From Antedon mediterranea (lineage: Eukaryota; Animalia; Echinodermata): a DNA stretch of 64,000 nt. The position numbers were made by a program, and so were the translations under genes. The stretch lies in contig NC_092679.1 of the NCBI RefSeq assembly GCF_964355755.1, positions 16,165,432-16,229,431 on the forward strand, written 5' to 3'. Shown piece after piece: positions 1 through 12,900 of the stretch. A model generated the notes under the pieces. That model was not told the origin of the DNA and made no database searches. It worked only from the letters and a program-made list of their open reading frames with translations. The stretch's first letter is position 1; the number at the start of each line of letters is the position of its first letter.

Positions 1-1298
1 AAGCTGGTAATTAATATTCTTTAATGATATGTAGTCTCAATATCTATGTAGTGCATGACTGCGCATTAAAATGTGAACTGATTAATTTCAGATTGAGTTT
101 CATTATTTAGTCTATTTAATAGCATTGTTGTATTTGAATAAGGGAGATAAAGATTCCTTGTAGTGCATTGATTGTTTACAAATGAGTGCCGGATACAGAA
201 TAATTTAAAGCAATTAGTGTATGTTTTTAGACTGTCATGGTTCTTTTTCATATTGTTACTATTACTATTATTTTACCTTGGAAGTGAATCATGAATAGCT
301 ACCGTATGTGTCACTGTATTTATAGGTTTACTTAAACACTTGGTTCGTTCAGAGTTGTTTAAACAATGTGTAATTGTTTGGAAAGTAATAGGAAAATGTT
401 ATATATAAAAAAGTTCTTATTTGTATGGCTGAAATGCTGAGTTTTATATTCTAGTCTGGCTTGACTATAGTTTTTGTTAAATATAATACCCATGTAGTCC
501 AATTTGTGTATGGTACATAAATTAGGGACAAAAAAAAACCCCAAACAAATTTTTAGAAAAGCAACAAGTTGTATTTCAAACGAGTATTGTGATTGGTCAG
601 TTGATTGATTGTTTTTCCTGTGTTTTTTAACCTATTTTCAATACACACACTTGTTAAAAGAATGATTGCAATGTAGTTTTTCCCATTGGTATATAAATTG
701 GCAACAGGTATGACAGAAATAGGATGATAGATTATCAAGTGTGTTATGGACCAAACAAGTTTATATATCAACTGACATGACAGATATTTATGTACATTCT
801 ATGCAATCCAATAATATAATTCTACTATTGATAGATTGATGTGAGATGAATTCAAAACTCAACAAGAATTCATTTGATTTGCATTGATTAGAATAGATTT
901 CGTTTTAAGAGTAACAGCTTTAGTAGACTGAAAATTAAAGCTAAAAAGGAAATAAATGTTATGAGAAATGATTAAATAGGATAAAGCCTTGTGTGCTATT
1001 CAATTCAGCAGTTTATCAATAATAGTATATTTAATAGCAGAATGCTATTGATAAAACGAAAGGTATTAAAGGAGATGGCATACTATTTTTCAAGATCTGC
1101 TGTATGTTGGTAGATAGTTACTACGTATTAAAATCTTTTTTTAAATATCTATATTTAAATATTTAACTGAATATGAATAAGGAACTATGTACATGTATAT
1201 TGGTGTATGGTATAGTATACTACACAATTCAAAAGCTGTACATTTTGTCAATTACATTACAATGCAAAAGATCAGGACATTAGGTTCAGCACTTCTAA

Positions 1299-1448
1299 AG
1301 CTATCTACACTATCAAACTTTATGTGACAAAAAATGTGATGTGCCCATATATATATATGATGATGATATCATATCACTACCATATGTGGGCGTATTACTA
1401 CCATATTTGAGCACAACACACAATTTTTGTCAAACTATTTTGATTTAG
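1299..1448. mobile_element. PIF/Harbinger-type MITE, family A (degraded copy)
   Basis: Starts AGCTATCTACACTATCAAAC and shares its body with the other family A copies; right TIR eroded. Confidence 0.7.
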
Positions 1449-2130
1449 TCATACTCTGTTGCTTCGTAGTTAAGTGCCTCAGAAAGTTGTTATTATTTAG
1501 TATGCTTGTACAGCATTTGTATCTAAACTTGAGGCAGGTACTAATATATAAATTATAAGTGTTCTTCCAGATCCATATCTCTATCAGGCTCTAAATTCGG
1601 TTATTTGGGTTCTTCTTCATTGTTATCTTGGTTGTTTATGTTACCAAACTTTTTTAAGGCTTCTATGATTTATTATACTGTAATTAATTTTAAAATGCAA
1701 TAAAATCTAAAATCAGAATTATTAGAAAAGATACGATATATGATAACAAATTTAATGAGTTTCAGTAAACCTCTTTATCCCCTTTTTTATTCTCTTAATA
1801 TAGGATTTTTCTAGTCAATCAATACATAGCACCTGCGAATACTTAAAAAACTATCTTGGTCAATGAGACATTTAATTTTTAATTTGATTGTTAATTTTCA
1901 GAAGGTTACTCACCCTTTCAGTAGCAAAGTTCACTCAGAATTTGATCTTAGCTAAACAATATCTTCTATGGGAACTTATAGGAAGTAAAAAACATACATG
2001 CTTTTGGAGAACATGTTAAATACTGTACATGTACTGTACTGTACATTAAAAACATGTTTACACCTTATTTATAGAGCGTGACCCTAAACAGCGTATGCTG
2101 ACAATCAAGGAGCCCTCTTGATGAGTGACA

Positions 2131-2360
2131 GTGGCTGTGTGTATACTAGTACACTGGGGTAACAGTAACACCCTACTCGTCATGAAAGATGTACTAGGTT
2201 CTTTGAAGTGCAAGCCAGATGTGTACTTTGGACCTACGGTTTATAGTCCTTATCCGAGAAGACTTGTTCTACCACCAGAACCATGGAGCGAGTGAGGTTC
2301 GGAACCTTGCCGATGTTATGGCAAGGTTCCACTGTTTTAACTGCTGGGCCACTCATCGCT
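2131..2360 (-). mobile_element. tRNA-derived SINE with Deu/Nin-like central domain
   Basis: On the minus strand: A-box TGGCCCAGCAG, B-box-like GGTTCCGAACC, then TCTCGGATAAGGACTATAAACCGTAGGTCC...AAAGAACCTAGTACA...GAGTAGGG. Homologous copies near 30311, 53493 and 57975. Confidence 0.75.
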
Positions 2361-2961
2361 CACATGTACATGGATTTTAACTTTAGTTAGTTCTTTCGTT
2401 TGGTCGCCTTGCTTCCTTTCTACACTGATGTCATAAGATGGTGCAGTAATGTATAGATAAAAAGCAATTAAGAGATTATTTCTCCCCCTGCTGTTGAGTA
2501 ATTGTTAATCAAATACATTGATGCAACTCTTTAGGAAGACCATGGAGAATTTCTCCATGGGAAGACCCACCATGAAGTCAGAGGTGAGACAAAAATATAT
2601 TTCACACTTAATGTAATATTTCAGCCAGCTAGAAATTGGAATTGTGAAATAGCATGGTCATTTGGTGAGATTATATGAGTAAAATGTTCATGCTCTGAAA
2701 GATAGAAAGATATTTTGTATATCTGTTATAACATATATTTCTCTTAAAGCAATTATTTAGTGTTATCTTGTCCGTAAAGAAGATTTAATATTATATGGAG
2801 TTATCTGATTGATGAGCTGGCAATCAAAGTTCATGGAGAAATAGAACAAAACCATTTTTCTAAAGCTGGAAATCCTTGCTGTGAGCAAAGTTTTTTCAAC
2901 AATTGTTACGGAATTGGAAATCATTATAAGGATTAAGCAGAAGGAAAAGAATTACTCCACA

Positions 2962-3004
2962 ATGAAAAATGTTGACGAAGAGCAGACTATTTCTCAAGAA
3001 AATT
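2962..3004 (+). CDS. Candidate alternative first coding exon of the CH/SAM gene (MKNVDEEQTISQEN)
   Basis: ATG at 2962 in an ACAATG context. The donor T|GTATGT at 3004/3005 is phase 1, matching the exon at 3942. No transcript evidence. Confidence 0.4.
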
Positions 3005-3941
3005 GTATGTGTTTTGAAATCTTTTTCAAATCTCCTGTATCTTCAGAAAATCTTTGTAAAGACGGATATTTTTAAAACCTAATGCGTTGGTTTATTTCTA
3101 ATCAATATTAGGAACAAAAGTATTTTTAGTTGACAATTTTCCTGGAGCAAAACATATCAAAGGTCTATTTTGCTGAGAAACAAAAGTATTTTTCTAGCAT
3201 TAGAAAAGGCTTTGCCACAGAACGTTGACAGTTTTAGCCTACAGTAGGGTTGGTTTTGAAAATCTTCTGCAGGAGCAAAAGTATTTCTGCTATGTGTTTT
3301 TGTTTCACACAAATGTCGGTTTTCGTTCTGGATGAAACTTTCAATAGAATCTTTTATACATTTTGTTGCCCTTTCATAGGCCTTTTCATACATGCAAGAA
3401 GAAAAGCTCACTGAAATTTCTGGCCAAGGGAGAACTCCAGAAGCATTATAGCACAAACTTTGGAAATAAGTTGTTTTTAAGTTGCTTAGATATTTTGTTT
3501 GTAATCTCAGAAGTTCTTTCACTTCCAGCTGTACCTACCTTTGTAAAATCTGGAAATAGTTAACTAGCAGAAGTGAAAAAAAAGTGTTTTTCTGTAATTG
3601 ACAGCCCTTTTTTGGAGAAGATTTTATTTTCAAAATATTGTTGGCAGTATATCATTGTATAAAAATGTTTCAAGGTATAGCCACCTTCACCTAATAATTG
3701 TTTTCCCATTTTCTTTATTTAATATTACAGTAGAGAAAAATCCCTATTCAAGGGACCCAACAACAGCATAACAAGAACAATATTAAACTGTATATTTCCT
3801 CTTATTTGTTTCTCAGAAAATTTGATGAACAAAAGGAGGATTCTATTATATATCTAAAGTGTACTTCTAATCTGTACTGTTCTTCTTTACTTGATTGAAC
3901 ACATAATGTAGTATGCTAAGCTTTATTTTCTTTTTTTACAG

Positions 3942-6900
3942 CAAATGAAAAACTACCTGGTATACAAACAAAACCTATTATTAGGGCACAGAAAGCTGAG
4001 AATATACGACAGTGTCTTAACTTATTGAGGAAAAAACGAACTGACATTGAAGGCCTAGAAGCTGAGGGTAAGAAAACGCTTTTCTCTGGTTAATTATTGT
4101 GATTTATGAAAACCTGAACCTAATATAATAACACTTCTCCTGTAAATACAGTAATTTGAAATGTTATAATGTATCGTCTATGATAAGTTAATGTACTATA
4201 ATAGGCCTACAGTAACCATGCTATATTTCTGCAGATCATGTTTTTTCAGCACAGCCAAAATACTTTATAATTAGTTAATAATTAATCAATTTAGTTAAAA
4301 AGCATACATACAGTAGAAAGGGTTGAGATTGATGATTCCTGATGAGTGTGATTATTAACATTATACTTACAGTACAGTATAGAAAGCAGGAATAAATATA
4401 ATTATTTCAATATATAAAGGAGTTCTGAAACAACATACAAAATCTAAGAAACAAGATTCTAAAATATACTAACAAAAAATTGAAATTAATGCGACACAGT
4501 TCTGTTCAAAATCATGTATCACAAATTTAAGTGTCACATGAATCAATAATAATGAAGGTAGATATTAATCTGGCACCAAAATTCAAATCCCATTGGATGT
4601 TAGAGTAATAGTAAAAATATGCTTGATTGATGAGTGGCTACCTGTTCCCATGGTAACAAAATGTAAACACCTGTCTCCGCTCTCATGGTGCTCATAAATC
4701 GTGACCCGTAAAGTTAGCTTTTGTCAAGAAAGTTTTAAAGAAATAAAGTTGTTGTACAGTATAAAGTAGGGAGAAGATTTGAGGATACGACAGTAGTACT
4801 TTTCTACCTAAACTCCCTGAAGTATTGTAGGGTTTTTGCAAAGTACCATTGAAATGTGCCTATGAATTTGGGTTTCTTTAATCAACAATGAAAATGATGT
4901 TTGATGTTGCTTTTTAAATCCGTATTACTTTTGTTAATGTTATTTTAAGTTTCCTTGTACAGTAAATAGGCCTATTGTTATTGAACTTTTATTTTACTTA
5001 CTGTACTTTGGACGCACCTTCATTCAAGAAGTGTGCCACTGTTTCAAAAGTGTAGCTTCCAAATAAAATATTGTTATTATACTGTAGGCCGATTCATTGC
5101 TATTCTGCCTATCTCTATACAAAAATAAGAAGAATTGTGTAAAGTTTCAATATTACCTGAACCTTAATGAAAATGAAGTCACCTTTTTGTAACACCACAA
5201 CCCTACTGTAGTAGAGAGAAAACATTTTGGCCTTCTAAAGATCGGCCCTTTTGAGACTTTCTTTTTATACATTACACCTCTTTGGCTAAACTCCAAAAAT
5301 AAGTATAGTACTCTGAAATACAGTATCAATTCATATATTCTACTGTACCTTTTATAAACCCATACCCTCTCTACCTAACCATAAACTTTTACTTATTTAT
5401 GAAACTGAAAGTCTTAACATTCTGACCTTAAGCATTAGAACTAAAAGCTGTAAATACCTTTCAAAAAGTACCGTAAACTATGTTTTGTTTATTTTCCATG
5501 TAATGTTTTCCTTATTGCTTAGTACAATGCTATTTTTCTTTATTTCAATAATTTTGCTGTTAAGCAACAAGTTATTGATTTGATTATTTATTTTTAGATA
5601 TTGCTGATGGAAGTCTAAATGCAGTGCTTGATCTTGTCTCGCAAATCAGGAAACGATTTGATGTAAGTTATAAATGTATATATTATGCTCTGTCTATGCT
5701 ATCAAACTTAATGTGACAAAAGAATGTGATATGCCCATAAATGGAAATGATGATGTCATTTCACTATCATATTTGGGCATACCACTACCATATTTGGGCA
5801 TATTACAATTTTTTTTTCTTCAAATTTTGATAGTGTAGACGGAGCTTTAGTTTATTTTTACCAACAAATTCTCACATGATAAAGAAAAGATAATAGCTCA
5901 AGATGGACTCCAGTGGACTTCATGATTAATTTTTTATGATTATTAATTATTGATTTTATGATTATTTTTATTATTATATTTTCATAGACAGACAATACAA
6001 TGCATGTGTTAAAATAAGCATCCAAATTTTTTTAATTTCATAGTTTTAATGAATTTGCAAAATGAATGTCTTATCTTTACATTACATTTTGATAGTAGGC
6101 AGACCTATATGACATACATTTAGTTACAATAAGCAGGGGAGGATATGATTTGTAAGATTTGTCATAATCGTGTGGTGTGTCTGTCACAGAGCCCTCAAGT
6201 AAACACTCAGAAAACATCATTTGACCTCATTCACACTAGTGAACTGTAATTCAGATTAAGCGGTAACTGTTAGCTATGGATCGAAATATGTGTGGAAATT
6301 AATTATCAATATTTTTAAGTTAAACAATTTTCAAAAGAATAAAACATAAAATTGGTTGTTAATTATAATTTATTACAAATATTGATAAACCAAAAATGTA
6401 TCGGTTCGAACATTTCTTAAGCAAAGATAATCTAAATGTCAAAAAAATGAATGTGAATTAATATTTTAAATGGTTGACTGCATCTAAGTTATAAAAGCAT
6501 GGTCGACAGTATGCCTAGTTTTCTTGAAAATAAACAGAATAAATGTGCACACTTGATTTTGCTAATGATTAAAGACCCCTTCCCTGCAATTTTGGACGTT
6601 TTTTGGAAAATAATACATATATATCACTTTAAAAACATTAAACCATGTCATTCCTTGTCTTAAATGTACGTTTTATGGTAAATTATGATAAAAAGTGAGA
6701 AACAATGCACTACCTAAGTAGCTCGCGGCGATCGACCTCTCGTGGACGGTCTTAGGCCTAGCCTAGCTAGGCTTAGTTTTGTAGGCCTAGCTGGTAAACA
6801 TCGATAACGTACGAACATCGTACGCTAGCTATATACCTAGCCTGACGTTGTATAGTTGCTGCATTAATTGTCTTTCTATTTTTGCCAGACTCCGTTGATA

Positions 6901-9900
6901 CAAATTGGGGAAAACCCGGTATTTTCGCTGAAAAGTTAGGAGTCTTCCATTTGTTTTGGCTTCACGATCGATCAAAAAGTGGGCGAATTACAGGTGAAAA
7001 ACAAAAATATCAATCCGCGCGCAATGCATTTTGGGATTTATAGCGGGCCGCTATAATTATTAGAATCGATTTATTTTTCACATTTTTAACCGTTTAAAGA
7101 CGAAAAAAGTTATCGCAATAGGACCATATAGTATTATTTTTACATTAAATATAGTTTGTGATCTTAAATTAGATCTAAAAAACGTAGGGAATGGGGCTTT
7201 AACCATGCATTGGATGCCCATTTGTCTATGCAGATAGGAAACCTGTGCCGATAGTCTCCGCACCAAATAGTGACCATATATGGCTGACCATGCTGATAGA
7301 AAACTTTAAATTACATGGTATTAATATCCAAAATAGGATATTGGTCGGTAATCATAATTTTTAATATTGGAATTTTACTTTTTCATTTTACTATAACAGG
7401 TGATTAGATTTAATGATTTCTATATTTGTTTTTTTCTGTTTACCACCCTTCTCATTATCGATGATTAAAAAGCAATTTAAATGTTATTTATTTTGCTAAA
7501 AGATGAGCTAACCATGATAAAGGAAATGAGCAAGCGATGGCAACCTTGTCCCATTTCTTTCAAGATGATTATAACTTTATTGTCTAATTTCTGGCATTGA
7601 AGATCCAGTGATTGGTTCTGACATTTCTATCACATCTGTCAATTTGAATAGTCAATTTATTTGTACTTGTTACTCATATCAAGTGAGTAACTATCAGAAG
7701 GTGAATCTGAGGGTAGGAGGAAGGGGGCTAGTAAGAGATGTAGATTTAATTTGTAAACCTTATTTAAAAATCGATCAATAAATCAATGATTAATAATCAA
7801 TTGTTTTATTTATTCAAATAGGTCCTAATCACATCACTGAAGATACAGTAGCCCCTATTACAGGACCTAACAAATTGTCCGCTTAATAAGAGTGTCCCTG
7901 AATAGAATTTGGCCAGGCCATAGTGTTAAAACATACATTTAACTTTTAAATTTAATAAATTTGATTGCTATAAAAATGGATACAAACAAAGCCTTTCTTT
8001 TTTATTATTAGGAAAGGTTCAGTATTAGAAAAGATTTTGTTTTCTAAATATCGTGATGATGATTTGTAATTTTTGACCTTCCGTATAAACTATCATACAT
8101 TTTTATTCTATTCATATCTTTCTTAAGAAAAGGAAGTTAGGGGATGATTATTTCACATTTGACAGCTGAAAGTGAAGTTGATAACTTAAGACATAACTTC
8201 ACAACATTCATTTTCCTCTAGAGATCAATAATGTTTATAATGCTCCTTTTGTGTGAAGGTACAATGCAATGCTTTCATGAAAATAAAGATTAAAAATCCT
8301 CGGGAAAACAAGTATCATATTAATAATTTATTGGTTATCCGCAACGAAGTTGCAGGATAACCTCTTGTGATTGTACGAAATCATCATCATCATCAACTTT
8401 TTATTCTTCTTCTTTCTTTCTGTATGATTTTTGTGTAACGCTTTTCTCTGAAACTTGCAAACATAACATTTTGTTAACTATGTTAACATTTTGACATTTA
8501 TGTAACGTCGTCAAGCGAAGCTTTTCATGATGTTTACAATTGCGCAAAGTGACGTACGCGCGATTTAACGATTTTCTCGTATTGAACATATGTCGAAAAC
8601 CAAATAACATTTCAACTTGAAACTTTGCAAAAGTTTAATTTATATCATGCGCTAACTTTCTGTTGAAAAAAAATTGCGTGTTTTACACAAAGTTACGCGC
8701 GCACGCGCATTTAAAATTTCAAAATGCGCGAAACTAATTTATAATCAACTTTCTACGCGTTTCATGTCGTTTTAAGCATGTAAAAAATTCCCACGCGTGC
8801 GCACATTTTTACGTGTGCGGTGCGCACGTAGCATTGAAAACGTATTTTTTTCGCGTGATTTATGTTTTTCCAGCCTTTTCATGTAATTTTACCAAATTTT
8901 TAACAATTTCGACTTAAAGATACGTCATACGAGCACGTCGAATTGGACAATTTGCGCGCGTTTTTTATGAAAAGGTTAAAAAATTCGTTTAAAATATGCC
9001 TTCTTTTAAACAGTCGTAATTTCTAAACTAAACGGTCAACTTTTTGTGGATGGCATATTCTGGAAGTAGATGAGTTGTAGATATCGGATCAGGTATTAAT
9101 ATGGCTAACCGGACATTGTGACGTCATCGTATGGCCACGCGAATATAAAATTTAGGATTTTTGTATCTTTCGTCATAGCTCATCACATTGAATAGAGCGC
9201 ATCTCCACTTATCCGTTTTCCATTTTCACCCCGATTTTGATATTGTCTAGGTCAATCAACTATCTTTCGCATGAGTGAAAAATATTTTAATTTTTATGAC
9301 GTCATCATGCCTAAAAATTGAAATCACGTGTGGCATCAATTTCATCTTTACAGTAAATTTTAATCTGTTATAGCTCGTAAGAATAAAATGTGATAATCAC
9401 GATTAAAACTTTTTCTGGAAGCTATTGGATTGTAGATACGAAATTATGTTAAAATGTTGCCAATCGGATGTTGTGACGTCATCATATGGCCAGTTAAATA
9501 AAAAAGGTCGTATTTTCATCTTTTGCGTCATAATTCATTACATTTAAAAGAGCGCGCATCAATATTTCACGTATTCAAATTTCTTCTACACGCTAATACG
9601 TTGTTGCTGAGATAATTTACTTTCGGAATTGCTACCTTCGCGTTTCATTTTAAAACCGTCAACATGTTAAAAATTGCAATAAATAGCGGGTCCCGTAATT
9701 TCACCTATTCTACACTGTATGTGATATGGATACAGATTAGACTGTGTATACTATATATGAATTTAAATAATAAAATTCAGCAATAACAACATATCATATT
9801 CTTCAGTTCAGGTCATAATGCCAACGTGAACACTTCCTTTTGTCCTCAACCTATCCCCTTAATGTTAATGTTGCACCACTTGCGCGGCGGATAACCAAAC

Positions 9901-12900
9901 TCGTCAAAGTGACGAGTTACATGTCTAGTTGTTTAATAATATTTATAACATTGCATAAAATACCATATACCATGCGGCAGTATTCTAAAATACTAGATTT
10001 TTTTTTTCTGTACTGAAAAATATTAAGTAATTCCTAATTGGCTTAATTATAAGATAACAATAAGAAAACTGTAATCAAAAACATTATTAAATATTTTAAT
10101 CACCCCTGGATGTGAACTTTGGTTTTAATATTTTTAATTTTTTAATAATTCAAGGGTCCACAGGCAGAGGAAGATGTCAAACTGACCTGACCTCCGTTAT
10201 ATCCATTGATGCTTATACTTCTGTGAGGACAGTATAAAAATATGTTGAAACAACAACATGAATAAACATTTTTTTTCTAATACATATTTGGACATGTATT
10301 TTGTAAGCCCCGCCCATTTATTAACTATAGTTTCTTGGATAATGTTAATTTCAACCAATTATCTGTTTACCATTCGTTAACACTATTACGCTACAGTATG
10401 TACATGCGTTAAGTTTTTATTAGTCGTAGACCCGAGAAGTCAATATTAGCTAATGTATTTTTACTGTACATCATTAATCAATATTATTATTGACAATGAT
10501 AATTGTAGGTCATGTCTAAATGATAAATAGATGAATCAAGAAATAAAAATTAGATTTGTCTGATAGCTAAACATTTAAATCATTTAACCACTTGTAGCAA
10601 TTCTTCTAATTTACGCATTTCCTTTTTACGCGATCTACAATTGTAATGAATTAAGCCAACTCCTGTTAGTAATAACATACCAAAGTTCATAACACTGTAA
10701 AGACCTGTAAAGTTAATTACGCACTAACTGAATTAGGAAAGCGGGATTCACGATCTTTTGTGAATCGCCCTGGAGCTAAATTAATTTCTCGTATTTGATC
10801 TTGATGCCTTTGTTTGAGGGGGTATGAATAATAACGAAGGGTGTGTGAAAGTTTAGTGTAGTCGGTACGCGTGTAATCACAGTTGTCATCACGCATCCTG
10901 ATGAGTAGTGCATCACACTAGCGTTATCCCTTTCGCAAGTGTTCTCTCGATGACGACACAGTGTTTTAATAGGATGACTTAACATCAATATCCTATGTAT
11001 ATAAGTGTTTGTGTAAATGCTGAGCCACTAGGTGCTAGGTTATCTTGGACATTACTAACAATGACTATTTTAGCAAAGGAAGATATCAGAAAGGTTTGTT
11101 TTTAGTTTTTAATTTAATGTCTATTTCTGTTGTTTGTTTGAAGAGATCAAATGGATATTAATTGTTACTTTTATTCAGCAGCAAATTTAATCTCTAATTG
11201 CAGAGGGGGTTGCACTTTGGTGCACGCTCTCCTCTTTTGACAGTTAAAATGAAATTATAAACTATTTTTTTATGTCTATTTTTCAAAGACTATTAATATT
11301 TTTAATATTTATATGTTAGTGCTCTCCCCCTTTGAAAAATACTTGATCCATCTGTGATATTTTGCTTTGTTAATTTTATAAGCAATTCAAGTCACTTCTA
11401 AAATCTCACTTATTATTATATAGAATTTAAACTTGTACTGTTGCAAATGAATTGGTTATAGTGTATATAATGTCCATCTACAATTAATTTTTATTTTTTT
11501 TACTTTGCAGAAATCAGCTACAAACGGTAGTATTCATACAACTGAGTCATATAGTCAACATGCATCAGAGTTGTCAAGACCAAGTAGTGGCAAGTCAATG
11601 ATCCCACCAGATGCTATTAGTACACAGGTAGGTTGCTTATCCTTAAAGACCATTACAAGTTCAATACTAATTCAAGACTATTTCTAATTAAAGACTTTTG
11701 AGTATTTTAATATTAACATGATTTTTATAATATGTTAATATTGATAAATTAATTTTATTAACATTTTCTATCTTGTATCCCTTTTACAATACTGGCAAAT
11801 ATGTGGAGATTTGGAATTGTATAACCCGAGTCGCTGAAATACATAATTGTAGGCTAGTGTAAATAGCATAAAAATTACCCAGGTTGCATCAACGGCAAAT
11901 TAAGCCCGGACATACCCATGTTCGTAATATTAACAGTCACACTTTCCCAGTTGGTTGTTATTCATGCTTTTGTTTAAATTTTAGAAAAAAAAAAAGTTTC
12001 TTTTATTTTATTCAACCGAAACCAACATCGATAATTACCGCCACTAACAGGTTTTTTTCTATATGTAAAATAAAACTTGTTGGTATAATACGTAGGCCAT
12101 TACTAGGTATTGGGTAACCAGTGTCATTCCTGATTACTGAAATTGAATGAAAAAAAAATCATCCGAACACAACTTTTTACCTTGTAGTGTCAAAGGGTAT
12201 TAGGCTACAATATATACCTTATTGAATTAAAATTTTTTCTAAAAATATTTAAATATCACACCCTATTTTGTATTTCAGCATTTAAGGGTTTATATCTACT
12301 TATGACATAATTTAATTTCAACTATTTAAATCATTAATTACCCATACACAATTAACAATAGCCTTTATTAGGATGGTTTTCATTAAAAATATAAATAGTT
12401 GTTTTATTTTGGGTTCATTTCACTGTCTGTGATTCACTTCCCGTACATTTTAGCTTTGTTCACTTCTTGCCAAAAGACACAAGCTGTCAGTTTTAATTAC
12501 ACATTTTAATGATATTAATTAAGTTGCAGGAAGTTATTGGTTATATAATGGCAATGCTTATGTAATGTGTATATAATTCCATGTTCATTGTGATATGCGT
12601 TTCCTGCTTTTAATTATTTGAATTCTTTTGTTTTCAGTCTTTCAATTCTTTGAATAGCCTTAAAAGACCTGAATCTATTGGTAAGTACTAGATAAGCAAT
12701 AGAATACCAAACCTGTAGCCATGATTGTTACAGGGTGTGGGAGAGGTTGGAAGAGGAGGGGTAAAGGGGTTACTGGACAGATACTGAAGAAAACACGTTT
12801 TAGCTTAGCCTAGAAATTTACCTAAATAGCACTGATCAAAAATTGTATATTTGCTATCAATTTGATGAGGATATTTCAAAATAAATATGTTTGTTTTCTC

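Noticed and set aside
3157-3522. 121-aa minus-strand ORF
   Set aside because: GTG start, no recognisable motif or supporting exon chain.
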